A stretch of DNA of 64,000 nt, taken from the NCBI GenBank assembly GCA_963555995.3, contig OY821641.1, positions 3,136,001-3,200,000 on the forward strand. The letters are read 5' to 3'. The position numbers and the translations under genes are program-made. The DNA is from Vicinamibacteria bacterium. Lineage in GTDB: Bacteria; Acidobacteriota; Vicinamibacteria; Marinacidobacterales; Marinacidobacteraceae. The notes beneath the pieces are model-generated. The model saw nothing but the letters and a program-made list of their open reading frames with translations. It was not told the origin of the DNA and did not search any database. Shown in pieces: positions 50,328-59,982 of this stretch (the stretch's first letter is position 1; every line of letters begins with the position of its first letter).

Positions 50328-53062
50328 GCGGCCTCACCCTCGACGGCGCGTCCGAGGTCGAGCCGCACGAGTTCCACGAGGTCATCGTCGCTCATTTCGG
50401 TGAGGGCCGCCTCCGTCCCGGTGGAGAGCACCTCGGCGGAGAGCTGGCGCTTGTCCTGGATCATCGCGTCAATCCGTTCTTCGAGGGTGCCCCGGCAGAC
50501 GAATTTGTGGACGAGGACGTTGCGGTGCTGGCCGATACGGAACGCCCGGTCGGTCGCCTGGTCCTCCACCGCCGGATTCCACCAGCGGTCGAAGTGGATC
50601 ACATGGGAGGCCGCCGTCAGGTTCAGGCCGACGCCGCCGGCCTTCAGCGAGAGCGCGAGGAACGGCGTCCGCTCGTCCTCCTGGAAACGCCGGACGATCC
50701 CGGGGCGTTTCTTCACCGGGGTTCCGCCGTGGAGGACCAGGCCCCGCCGGCCGAACACGCGGTCGAGGAAGGCGGCGAGCGGCGCGAGCAGGGAGCGGAA
50801 CTGGGTGAAGACGAGCGCCTTGTCCTGCCGCCCGGCAACCGATTCGCAGATCTCCCCGAGCCGCGAGAACTTGCCGCTTTCCGCCGGATCGAAGCCGCCG
50901 TCGCCGAGCCAATGCGAGGGGTGGTTGCAGATCTGCTTGAAGCGGGTCAGAAACGCGAGGACCACGCCCCGGCGCTTGATGCCCTCTTCCGCCTTCAGGG
51001 CAGCCTCCATCTCGGCGACGGCCCGCTCGTAAAGCGCCGCCTGCTTCCGGCTGAGGCCGCAGTAGGCGGTGACCTCCGTCTTGTCCGGCAGGTCCGCGAT
51101 GATGCTGCGGTCGGTCTTGAGCCTCCGGAGGACGTAGGGCCGGAGCAGCCGGCGGAGCGGCGCGTAGCCCGCTTTCCGGTCCCGCGCCATGGACCGGGCG
51201 GCGCGCTGGAACTCCTTCGCGTTCCCGAGGAGACCCGGGTTCAGGAAGTCGAAGAGCGACCAGAGATCCCCCAGGCGGTTCTCCACCGGGGTCCCGGTGA
51301 GCGCCAGCCTCCAGCCGGCCGGGATCGCCTTGACCGCGCGCGTCTGTTTGGCGGCCGGGTTCTTCACCGCCTGCGCCTCGTCCAGCACCACGCTGCGCCA
51401 GCGCCGCTTCCGCATCCACGGGGTGCGCAACACGGCGCCGTAGGTCGTCACCACCAGATCGGCGGCGGCGAGTTCGGCCTCCGGCAGCTTTCTGAGGCGC
51501 GCCGCCGGAATCCGGGACGGATGGGCGATCAGCAGACGCAGCCCGGGCGCGAAGCGCGCCGCTTCCCGCCGCCAGTTCTCGAGCAGCGAGGCCGGCGCGA
51601 CGAGCAGGTCCGGGCCCGGCTCGCCGTCCCGCGCGGCGACGCAGAAGACGGCGAGCGCCTGGATCGTCTTCCCGAGCCCCATGTCGTCGGCGAGGCAGCC
51701 GCCGAGCCGGAGACCCCGCAGGGCGAGCAGCCAGGCCACCCCGCGCTCCTGGTAGGGACGGAGGACCGCCCGCAGCCCGGCGGTCGTAAGCGCTTCGGCC
51801 GGCGGCGGGGCGTTCCGGAGCGCCCGGAGCTGCTCCCCGAGCCAGGGACCGGCGACCACGTCCGACCAGTCGGGGGTGGCGGCGCCCTCCACTTCGTCGG
51901 ACTCGTCCCGGAGGTTGACGCCGGCGAGCAGCCGCATCGCCTCCCCGAGCGGGATGCCGAGCGCCTCGGCGTGCTTTTGCGCCTCCTCCCACCGGCCGAG
52001 GACCTCGCGCAGCTTCTCCGCGTCCACCTCGACCCACTTGCCCCGGACGAGCGCGAGCCCTTCCGAAGCCCCCAGGAGTTCCCGGCGCTCGGCGTCGCTG
52101 AGCGCTTCGCCGTCGAGGGTGAGCGCGAGGTCGAAGTCGAGGAGGGCGTCCGCCCCGAGCCGCGACGGCTCGCGCGAGCCCACGGTCACCGAGACCCGCG
52201 GCCGGGGCGGCGCCTTCGGGTTCCACCAGTCGGGAGTCCGGGTCACGAGCCCGGCGCGCTCATAGACGGGGGTCTCGCGGAGGAAGCGATGGGCGTCCGC
52301 CGCGCTCCACGGGAGCGGCCGGTAGATACGCCCCGAAGCCAGCAGCTCGCGCAGGAACCCGCTTTCCTCCGCGGCGCGGTGCAGCGGGGCGAGCAGCGCG
52401 AGCAGCTTCCGGCGGTTCCGCTGGCCCGCGTACTCGCGGAGCGCCCGATGGAGCGGCAGATGGGAGGGTTCGGCGCGCCCGGTCACCCGGTGCACGTAGG
52501 TCGCCATGAAGGCGAAGGGGTGGCGCGGGTCGCGCCGGTTCTCGGCGAGATGGAGGCAGACGCGCCCGACCACGTTCCACAGGCGGTTCTCCTGCCGCAG
52601 CCAGCCCGGGAGCCCGCCGGGCGCCGATCCCGCGCGCTCGGCGAGCACGGTCCCGAGATCGCGCCAGAGGTCGTCGAGGACCTCGGCGGTGATGAGTTCC
52701 GCGCCGCGCATCGGGGGAACCGATTCGGCGTGCGCGGCGAGCGCTTCCGGATCGGGCTCGGGTTGGATGAAGGTCTCGGGCGCCAGCGGGTCGAGCGCCG
52801 CGCAGGCGGCGGCCACGAACGTCCGCCCGAGGTCGCGCCAGAACTCGAGCGACGGGTGGAGGTCCGTCCCGGGTTCCGCCACCCCGAGGTGCAGCACCCC
52901 GGCCGCCGGCCCGGCGGCGAAGGCGTCCAGGATGCGCCGCTCCGCCGCCGCGGGGAGTTCCGGCCCCGGTTCGCCGGCAGCGACGACGAGGATCCGGCCT
53001 CCCGGCGTCCGTTCCGCGACGAGCGCCCGCGGCTCCGAATCCGCGCCCGGCGCCGTTTCCAT
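50324..53062 (-). CDS. SNF2-family helicase/ATPase
   Basis: LADDMGLGKT, LDEAQ, LTGTPVEN, WWNPAVEDQATDRAFRIGQ. Confidence 0.95.
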   Translation of the reverse strand: METAPGADSEPRALVAERTPGGRILVVAAGEPGPELPAAAERRILDAFAAGPAAGVLHLGVAEPGTDLHPSLEFWRDLGRTFVAAACAALDPLAPETFIQPEPDPEALAAHAESVPPMRGAELITAEVLDDLWRDLGTVLAERAGSAPGGLPGWLRQENRLWNVVGRVCLHLAENRRDPRHPFAFMATYVHRVTGRAEPSHLPLHRALREYAGQRNRRKLLALLAPLHRAAEESGFLRELLASGRIYRPLPWSAADAHRFLRETPVYERAGLVTRTPDWWNPKAPPRPRVSVTVGSREPSRLGADALLDFDLALTLDGEALSDAERRELLGASEGLALVRGKWVEVDAEKLREVLGRWEEAQKHAEALGIPLGEAMRLLAGVNLRDESDEVEGAATPDWSDVVAGPWLGEQLRALRNAPPPAEALTTAGLRAVLRPYQERGVAWLLALRGLRLGGCLADDMGLGKTIQALAVFCVAARDGEPGPDLLVAPASLLENWRREAARFAPGLRLLIAHPSRIPAARLRKLPEAELAAADLVVTTYGAVLRTPWMRKRRWRSVVLDEAQAVKNPAAKQTRAVKAIPAGWRLALTGTPVENRLGDLWSLFDFLNPGLLGNAKEFQRAARSMARDRKAGYAPLRRLLRPYVLRRLKTDRSIIADLPDKTEVTAYCGLSRKQAALYERAVAEMEAALKAEEGIKRRGVVLAFLTRFKQICNHPSHWLGDGGFDPAESGKFSRLGEICESVAGRQDKALVFTQFRSLLAPLAAFLDRVFGRRGLVLHGGTPVKKRPGIVRRFQEDERTPFLALSLKAGGVGLNLTAASHVIHFDRWWNPAVEDQATDRAFRIGQHRNVLVHKFVCRGTLEERIDAMIQDKRQLSAEVLSTGTEAALTEMSDDDLVELVRLDLGRAVEGEAA

Positions 53063-53168
53063 CGGCCGGAGGGTAAGCGCATTCCCGCGGCCGGGTCCGG
53101 GCGGCCCGCGTTCGTCCGGAACGGCCCCGCCGAAAGGACCGGCCGGCGCTCCGGGCGCAGCCGCCTCG

Positions 53169-54581
53169 CTACCGGTCCCCCCCGGGTCGCGGGATCTCCA
53201 GTTCCTCCCACAACCACGCGGTGTCCAGCGGGGGCCGGCCCTGCTCGACGGCGCTCCGGGACTCGTGGTTCTCGAGCCCCTTGAGCCACTCGATCACGGC
53301 GACCCGCCCCTTCTTGGTCTTCGCCGCGCGCCGCGGCGACCGGTTGCCGAGCATGGGGATGGGCTCGTCGAGTACCCGCCGGTAGTGGTCCGCGAGGTAG
53401 TTCCGGACGGCCTCCACGACTTCCGGAGGCGGCGCCGCTTCCTCGGCCTCCGCCGGCGGCTTCTCCCAAGCCTTCCGCAGCGATTCGGCGGGGTCTTCGT
53501 GCGAGGTCAGCGGGGTTCCCAGCAGGGGACCGAGACGGGAGGCCAGCAGGTCGCGCCCGCGTTCGGCGCGCTCGACGGAGTTGACCCGCAGGAGCAGCGC
53601 TCCGTCCGCGATCTCGACCTCTCCCAGGCTCAGCGTGCTGAGCGCCGCGTCCGGATCCGCGCGACCGGCTCTCTCCCCCCGCGCCGGGGGCGGCGAGAGG
53701 CTGCTCATCCAGGTCCACCCGCACCCGCCGTCGCTGGACCGATCGAGGTCCTCGAGCCCGTCCAGCGCGGCGACGACCTCCGCCTCGCTCCCCGCGATGG
53801 GGAAGCGCACGATGGAGAGCACCAGCATCTCGCCGTCCGTGTTGCGCATTTCGGGCAACGGCGCGGCCAGCCGGTCCAGGGTCCAGCTCACGAAGCAGAC
53901 CGTGAAGAAGGGCGACGCCTGGGGGCTTTCGAGCAGGAATGCTCGCAAGTGGTCGTCGGTGACTTCCTCGCTCCGCCCCTCCTTTTTCGCCGCCGCCCGG
54001 AACCGCTTGCGCAGGTCCTTCGCCAGCAACCCGAACTTGCGGGCGCAGTCCTCAGCCAGTTCGCGCGGAAAGTGCAGCACGGCGGCCGTGAAACACCGGC
54101 TGTGGCCCACCCGGACGATCCGCGCGACCAGGCAATCCCATGGCGCCAGGCTCTCGGAGCCGAGCTGCTCGTCCACCCGCACCGGATCGCCTCCCCGGAG
54201 CAGGTCGCGGACCGTCAGCGACCGGCCGGGGTCGAGCCCCTGCACTTCGTAGAGCGAGGGCGCCGCGTCCCGCAGCCCGCGGAGGTACTGCGTCGCGGGC
54301 CGCTTTTCGAGCCAGCCGCGGCGCTTGAGGTACTCGTCCACGACGTTCTCGTCTTCGTCATCGCCGAACCACGCGGCGAGGAAGTCCTCAATGATGAACT
54401 GGAGGATCGTCTCGCCGTGGTTCCCGAGGCCCTCGAACAGCTCCTCCGCGGACATGTCGAGGTCTTCCAGCAACATTCCGAAGTGGGCGTCGAACACGAG
54501 TCGCCGCCGCGACTCCCATTCGTCCGAGTCCGCCCAGCGAAGGAGGTTGTCAACGGCGCGCGCGCCGCCGGGAACTTTCAT
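53169..54581 (-). CDS. Hypothetical protein with an MbcA/Xre-antitoxin-like C-terminal motif
   Basis: Long coding-like ORF; C-terminal LDEPIPMLGNRSPRRAA...EWLKGLEN. Confidence 0.65.
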   Translation of the reverse strand: MKVPGGARAVDNLLRWADSDEWESRRRLVFDAHFGMLLEDLDMSAEELFEGLGNHGETILQFIIEDFLAAWFGDDEDENVVDEYLKRRGWLEKRPATQYLRGLRDAAPSLYEVQGLDPGRSLTVRDLLRGGDPVRVDEQLGSESLAPWDCLVARIVRVGHSRCFTAAVLHFPRELAEDCARKFGLLAKDLRKRFRAAAKKEGRSEEVTDDHLRAFLLESPQASPFFTVCFVSWTLDRLAAPLPEMRNTDGEMLVLSIVRFPIAGSEAEVVAALDGLEDLDRSSDGGCGWTWMSSLSPPPARGERAGRADPDAALSTLSLGEVEIADGALLLRVNSVERAERGRDLLASRLGPLLGTPLTSHEDPAESLRKAWEKPPAEAEEAAPPPEVVEAVRNYLADHYRRVLDEPIPMLGNRSPRRAAKTKKGRVAVIEWLKGLENHESRSAVEQGRPPLDTAWLWEELEIPRPGGDR

Positions 54582-54782
54582 GCGGTATCGCCTCGGGCAG
54601 GAATCAACGGACGCTTCAGGGACTCACCCGGGCTACGCCGGAAGGACGGCCAGCGTACCGCAGGCCGGGGGTCCGGTCGCCGGACTCCCGGTGCGCTCCT
54701 CCGCTGCCGCGACCTCGTCCGGCGTCTCGCCGCCCCGAGACCGCCGCCCGGCGACGCGTCCTCCGCGACAACGGCGCCCCTC

Positions 54783-54960
54783 GTGGATCACCCGTGAGAC
54801 ACAACGCCGTTTGTGGATCACTCTCCGCCGAACGTGAGACGCAAGGCCCGTTGTGGATCACCGGTGAGACACAAAACCCTTTGTGGATCACTTTTCGCCG
54901 AACGTGAGACGCAAGGCTCGTTGTGGATCACCGGTGAGACGCAAGGCGGGTTGGTGATCG
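54783..54960. repeat. Phased array of 28-bp imperfect palindromes, downstream of fic
   Basis: GTGAGACRCAA-N6-TTGTGGATCAC at 54794, 54834, 54864, 54904 and 54934 (last copy degenerate). Confidence 0.9.
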
Positions 54961-55003
54961 CTGGGCAGATCCGCGACCGGCAACCCCCGGCGGCGGCTGC
55001 CGG

Positions 55004-56125
55004 TCACCGGTAGCTGGACGGGCTCTCTGCGATCTCGATCAGCTCTCCGAACGCCAGGATCGCGGGGTGGCGACCCCGGCTCGGCGCCAGTTCCCGCAGC
55101 ATCCCGCGATCCCTGAGAACCCGAAGGATGCGCAGGGCCGTGGGTCTCGGGACTCCCGACCTCGCAGCAAGATCCGAGGTCCAAAAAACCGGCTGATCGA
55201 ACATGAAGTCCAGGGACCGCACCGCGTGCTGCGAGCGGGTCGTCTTCGCCACCCAGTCCTTCCTGGCGGCGTAGAGCGCGAGAATCCGTCTCGCTTTCTC
55301 GGTATTGGCGACCGCCTGCTTCTCGAGGGCGGTGAGGAAGAATCGAAGCCACGGGGCCCAATCCCCTCCGCTCTGGGCAGCCAGCAGATTCCGGTAGTAG
55401 TCCTCGCGAAACCGTTCCAGGTACTCGCTCAGGTAGAAGTTCGGCCGTTGCAGCAGGCCCTTCGCCATCAGAAAGAGCGGCACCATCAGGCGCCCCAGCC
55501 GGCCGTTCCCGTCGAGGAACGGATGAATCGCCTCGAACCACACGTGGGCGACCCCGAGCTGGACCAGCGCATCGGGCGTTTCCTCGTGGAGATAGCGCTC
55601 CCAGGCCTCCATGGCGTCAGGGATCTCGGGAACGGGACAGGTGACGAGGGTCGCGGTCTCCTCCTTCGAGCCCGGCGGCCCGATCCAGTTCTGGATGCGG
55701 CGATAGTCACCGGGATCGGCCGTCTGACCCCCAGTTCCCTTCATCAGGACCTCGTGGGCCCGACGGATCACCCGCTGGGAGAGCGGAAGGCTCGCCATCA
55801 ACTCGGTCGCCACCGTGAGTGCGACGCGGTAATTGAGAACTTCCCGAGCGTCCGCCCCGGTCTGCGGGGACTCGTCTCGACCATCACCGTTCGCGCCGAG
55901 CGCCAGGACCTCGCTCAGCGAGGACTGGGTCCCTTCGATGCGGCTGGAGAGCACGGCCTCCTGAACCGACAGCGGCGAGAGCAGGACATCCGGATTCGGG
56001 ACCCCGTGCAGGACACCCTCGTATCCGGCGATGGCGCGCTGAGCGCGGCCGATCAACGGGAGCAGCGTCGGCCAATCGAACGAACGTGGCGGGTAGAAGC
56101 CCGGACGGTAGCGGGGAGGGCTCAT
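55004..56125 (-). CDS. Fic-family protein with C-terminal HTH
   Basis: SSRIEG, HPFLDGNGRLGR, SGVPRPTALRIL. Confidence 0.9.
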   Translation of the reverse strand: MSPPRYRPGFYPPRSFDWPTLLPLIGRAQRAIAGYEGVLHGVPNPDVLLSPLSVQEAVLSSRIEGTQSSLSEVLALGANGDGRDESPQTGADAREVLNYRVALTVATELMASLPLSQRVIRRAHEVLMKGTGGQTADPGDYRRIQNWIGPPGSKEETATLVTCPVPEIPDAMEAWERYLHEETPDALVQLGVAHVWFEAIHPFLDGNGRLGRLMVPLFLMAKGLLQRPNFYLSEYLERFREDYYRNLLAAQSGGDWAPWLRFFLTALEKQAVANTEKARRILALYAARKDWVAKTTRSQHAVRSLDFMFDQPVFWTSDLAARSGVPRPTALRILRVLRDRGMLRELAPSRGRHPAILAFGELIEIAESPSSYR

Positions 56126-56169
56126 GGCGGAGTCAGCCGGGATCCGGAATCCGGGCCAAGCATTCCGTA

Positions 56170-56303
56170 TTGTGTCTCACTTTTGGCCAAAAGTGAGACG
56201 CAAGGCCCGTTGTGGATCACCGGTGAGCCACAAAGCCGCTTGTGGATCACTTTTCGCCGAAAGTGAGACGCAAGGCCCGTTGCGGTTCACCGGTGAGCCA
56301 CGA
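56170..56303. repeat. Second copy of the 28-bp array, upstream of fic
   Basis: Units at 56193, 56223, 56263 and 56293, same orientation as the first array. Confidence 0.9.
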
Positions 56304-56400
56304 ACCGGGCCACCCGAACTCCTGCCGCTTGCCGCCCGGCCTCGGGATCTTCAGTTCCGCCCATTCCGGGCCGCCTTCTTCCGTGCCGCGAGAGGCCGGC

Positions 56401-56542
56401 GAGGCGCCCCGCTGACAAGGCGCGTGAGGGAGGAATACCGGGTGTATTCCGACCGAAACGCAACGATGAGCACCTCGTAGAGGCGCGGTTCAGGCGGGAT
56501 GCCTCGCCGCTCGACCGCCGCGAGGGTTTTGCCACCGGCTGC
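56401..56542. mobile_element. Degenerate MITE copy
   Basis: Same internal sequence; one decayed TIR, the other missing. Confidence 0.7.
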
Positions 56543-56729
56543 CAAGTCTTCGGCCTCATCCATAGAATCCTCTCCGCCCTCAAGGAGGACGCAACCCTCT
56601 GACCTCGGCAGATCCGCTCGGCAAACCCGGCCGCCGCCCGGCGGCCGAACGCGTGGCCACCGAGCAGCGCTTCGACAACGCCCGGAGCCGATCCGGCAGC
56701 CGCAACATCGCCGAGCGGATCTCGGTCTG

Positions 56730-57644
56730 ATGGCCGAATACGACCTTCCTGCCGGTCCGGCCGAACTCTTCGAGGCCGTGCGCGGCGCCCTTGGCGACTA
56801 CCTTGGCGGCCAGCACCACATGCGGCTCGGCGGCGGAACGGCGCTCGCTGCCCGATGGGCGCACCGCCACAGCACGGATGTGGACCTCTTCGTTAACAGC
56901 CTGTGGTGAAACCCACGTGAGCGCCGAGACGGGTGAGGCGCCCGGCTGACAAGGCGCGTGAGGGAGGAATACCGGGTGTATTCCGACCGAAACGCAACGC
57001 AGAGCGCCTCGGAGAGGCGCGGTTCAGCCGGGATGCATCGCCCGTCGAACGCCGCGTGGGTTTTGCCACAGGCTGTTAAACCCGCACCCTACGAGCGCCT
57101 CTTCCAGGAACGGCTGGCGTTCCGCGACCAACTCCAGCGCCATCTGGGAGCTCACGCCGTCGACATCGACTCCGGTATCGCGACAATCCACTTCCTCCAG
57201 GAGGATCGGCTCGGTGAAGTGACCCTCGCCACCAGTCCCCCGCTCACCCGGCTTCCGGCATCTTCCGATACGGTCCGAAACACCGTCGTTCACCTGGAAG
57301 CAACCGCCGAAATCCTTGCCAAGAAACTCCACTACCGCATGTTCCTGCAGGGGCGGCTCGTCCCGCGTGACCTCTACGACCTGGCAATCGCCAGCGACCG
57401 GGACCCCGGCCCGCTCCGCTCCGCGTTGAGCGTTGTCGATACTTCCGACCTCCAGGAAATCCACACGCAACTGCATTCGTTGCCCGAGCGATGGTTGGCG
57501 AATCACCGCCAGCCACTCATCAGGCCGGAGAGCCAACGCGCCGCGTCCAGCGCTGTCCGCATCACGAAAGAGATCATCGCGGACGCCCTCCGGTCCCGGG
57601 CGCCCTACCGACCGTTCCGCGCGGACACTTCCCGGGAACGCTGA
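56730..57644 (+). pseudogene. AbiEii/AbiGii-type nucleotidyltransferase interrupted by a MITE
   Basis: LGGGTALAARWAHRHSTDVDLF and KK...RDLYD; removing the MITE restores ...DLFVKPAPY... in frame (243 aa). Confidence 0.85.
56897..57075. mobile_element. 179-bp MITE, copy 2
   Basis: TIRs as copy 1; TTAA duplicated at 56893 and 57076. Confidence 0.9.
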
Positions 57645-57655
57645 GCCCGCGACCA

Positions 57656-58291
57656 ATGCTCGATGTCGCGAAGATCCGAACCTTCTACTTCCATCCCCCG
57701 AGCGATGACCCGGAGCACGAGACGACCCCCGAAGAGCTGTGGGCCGCCGCCGAACGCCAGGCGGTCGAGGGATGTCTGCTCCGGGCCGGCGACCCGAAAG
57801 CCGAGGGCCTCGGCGAACATGGTTCCCTCATCGGCGGGCCGGACAAGCCCGCCCGCTGCTTCGGCTTCAACCCCGAGAAACGCCTTCCCCGCAACCCTCT
57901 TCCCCTGAGCTGGTTCGATCACCGTCGCGCCCACGCCTTGCCACCCGACCCACCGGAAGACCCGGACCTTTTCTTTGCCGGGTTGTCCGCCGGCTGTCTC
58001 GCGGGTTACCCGAAGCGCCCCAGCGGGGCCGCGCTCGGCCGCATCTTCCGCGCGGCCGACCTGACTCCGGTCGAGCGCGACCAGCTCTGGCACGTCTTCG
58101 CCTGCATCCATACGAAGAATCTCGTTCGCCTGCTCGCGCGGGGCGGACTCTCGATCTACCAGGTCGCCCGCGCCATTCACCTCTCGGAGGCCCGCTTCGG
58201 CAACGTCGTCGCCTGGATCAACCAGTTCGCCGCGCGACCGGAACTCGACGGGCACGCGACATCCGGCGCCAGGCCGCCTGGCGACAGATAA
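57656..58291 (+). CDS. Hypothetical protein, possible partner of the AbiEii-type gene
   Basis: ATG 11 nt after the toxin stop; its stop codon abuts MITE copy 3. Confidence 0.55.
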   Translation: MLDVAKIRTFYFHPPSDDPEHETTPEELWAAAERQAVEGCLLRAGDPKAEGLGEHGSLIGGPDKPARCFGFNPEKRLPRNPLPLSWFDHRRAHALPPDPPEDPDLFFAGLSAGCLAGYPKRPSGAALGRIFRAADLTPVERDQLWHVFACIHTKNLVRLLARGGLSIYQVARAIHLSEARFGNVVAWINQFAARPELDGHATSGARPPGDR

Positions 58292-58470
58292 CAGCCTGTG
58301 GTGAAACCCACGTGAGCGCCGAGAGCGGCGAGGCGCCCGGCTGACAAGGCGCGTGAGGGAGGAATACCGGGTGTATTCCGACCGAAACGCAACGCAGAGC
58401 GCCTCGGAGAGGCGCGGTTCAGGCGGGATGCATCGCCGCTCGAACGCCGCGTGGGTTTTGCCACAGGCTG
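58292..58470. mobile_element. 179-bp MITE, copy 3
   Basis: Intact TIRs; flanks ATAA/TTGA. Confidence 0.9.
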
Positions 58471-58530
58471 TTGAAGCCGGGCCACCCCCGGCCGGTCGGA
58501 GCCGGAGGTGCGGGATGCGTCGGGGAACCG

Positions 58531-59571
58531 TCAGCGGCGCGGCGCTTCGGCGGTGCGGGCCGGGCGATACGCCTGGTCCGGGTGCGTCGGCCGGTCCGGG
58601 TAGAGGCGCACGAGTTGGCCCGCCTCTGTCATCGGCCCCAGGTACCGGCGCGTCAGGTACTCCGCCGTCATGCCGAACCACGCCGCGAGCTGGCCCGGCT
58701 CCAGCCATCCGCGATGTTCGGTCAACTCCAGGATCAGGTGCTCGACCGTTTCCCGGCGCGCGCGCCGGCCGAGATGTTCGACCTGGTTCCGCAGGTAGAA
58801 CGGCAGGTCGTCGGGAAGCGGCGCCCGGGCGGGCGCGGCGGGGGCCGGATCAGCCGGGGCGGGCGCCGGACCGGGTTCGCCCGGCGGCGGGGCCGGCGCG
58901 GCCGCCGCTCGCGCGGCCGGCCGGGACCGGTTGGGTTCCCGGGTCGGAGACGAGGGCGGCCCCGGCGACTGTCGCGGACCCGGCGCGGAACCGGCCGCCC
59001 GTCGCCCGCGCCGCCGCGGCGGACGCGGCGTCGGGGCCGGAGCGGCGGGTTCCGGCGTCGGGGTCGCGTTATCGAAGTCGGACGCCTCGGCCATGAACCG
59101 GGCCGCCAGCTTCGTCAGTTCGGTCACCCCGGCCTCGACCTCGGCAAGGGCCGCGCCGCCCGCGATCAGCCAGCCGCCGAGACGCACCAGCCGCTCGCCC
59201 AGCGCCCCGAGCCGTCCTTCCGCCGAACTCCAGTTCCGGCCCACCGCGCCGAGCCGCGCTCCAAAGTTCTGCGCCCGCCGGCCGGCGAACGCGGCGAGCC
59301 GCGCGGCGCGCATGAGGCGCACGCTCTGCTTGCCGATCCACCGCACCGCACGCGCGAACCACTGGGCGATCCGCACCATCCAGAGCCAGATCCCCACGCC
59401 GAATTTCCAGAGCCGCGGGCGGGGCTTCACCACGAACCGCCGCAGGCGGTCGAGACCGGGCGGCTCCCCGGACTCCAGCAGTTCGCGGACGGATTCGACC
59501 TCCTCCCTGGTCCCGGTCTCGCCGCCGGGAGACTCCGAGGGCCGCGTTTCCCGCAGGTTCAGGAGGGCCAC
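58531..59571 (-). CDS. Amphipathic-helix / Pro-rich / C-terminal winged-helix protein
   Basis: C-terminal LAAWFGMTAEYLTRRYLGPMTEAGQLVRLYPDRPTHPDQAY resembles the wHTH cap of Fic and AlbA-RecG_C proteins. Confidence 0.7.
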   Translation of the reverse strand: MALLNLRETRPSESPGGETGTREEVESVRELLESGEPPGLDRLRRFVVKPRPRLWKFGVGIWLWMVRIAQWFARAVRWIGKQSVRLMRAARLAAFAGRRAQNFGARLGAVGRNWSSAEGRLGALGERLVRLGGWLIAGGAALAEVEAGVTELTKLAARFMAEASDFDNATPTPEPAAPAPTPRPPRRRGRRAAGSAPGPRQSPGPPSSPTREPNRSRPAARAAAAPAPPPGEPGPAPAPADPAPAAPARAPLPDDLPFYLRNQVEHLGRRARRETVEHLILELTEHRGWLEPGQLAAWFGMTAEYLTRRYLGPMTEAGQLVRLYPDRPTHPDQAYRPARTAEAPRR

Positions 59572-59604
59572 GATGACTGCGTACGGACTACCGAGCCCCG
59601 CGTC

Positions 59605-59954
59605 GGAGCTACCGTCACTAATCGCTTCGGTGACGCCGAGCTACCGTCATTGTACGCACCGGTTGAGGCCGAGCTACCGTCACTAACCCGAAAATTCGGC
59701 CCCAGCTACCGTCATTAGCGCCCGAGCTACCGTCACTAAACGGATCGGACGCCTCCGAGCTACCGTCACTAACGCCGTCGGTGACTCCGAGCTACCGTCA
59801 CTAACGCCGCCGCAGACGCCCAGCTACCGTCACTAAACCGAAAATTCGGCCCCAGCTACCGTCATTAGCGCCCGAGCTACCGTCACTAAACGGATCGGAC
59901 GCCTCCAAGCTACCGTCACTAACGCCTTCGATGACGCCGGAGCTACCGTCACTA
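59605..59954. repeat. Iteron-like array of 12 direct repeats (G)AGCTACCGTCA(CTAA)
   Basis: Cores at 59607, 59639, 59672, 59704, 59725, 59758, 59790, 59822, 59854, 59875, 59908 and 59941. Confidence 0.95.
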
Positions 59955-59982
59955 TGCGAGCCTCTCGCAGCAACGGGGCCGA

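Noticed and set aside
49520-53284. 1254-aa ORF and similar long ORFs (7696-10749, 16348-19455, 43490-46402)
   Set aside because: These are high-GC shadow frames opposite well-supported genes.
54783-56303. CRISPR array or integron attC sites
   Set aside because: Linkers are 2 and 12 bp and nearly constant; no GTTRRRY core or integrase was seen.
56958-57644. Independent ORF starting MREEYRVYSDRN (also at 58353)
   Set aside because: The start lies inside MITE sequence; the downstream part is the AbiEii C-terminal half.
59605-59954. CRISPR array
   Set aside because: The repeat is only 11-16 bp, linkers are short and partly duplicated, and there are no cas genes.
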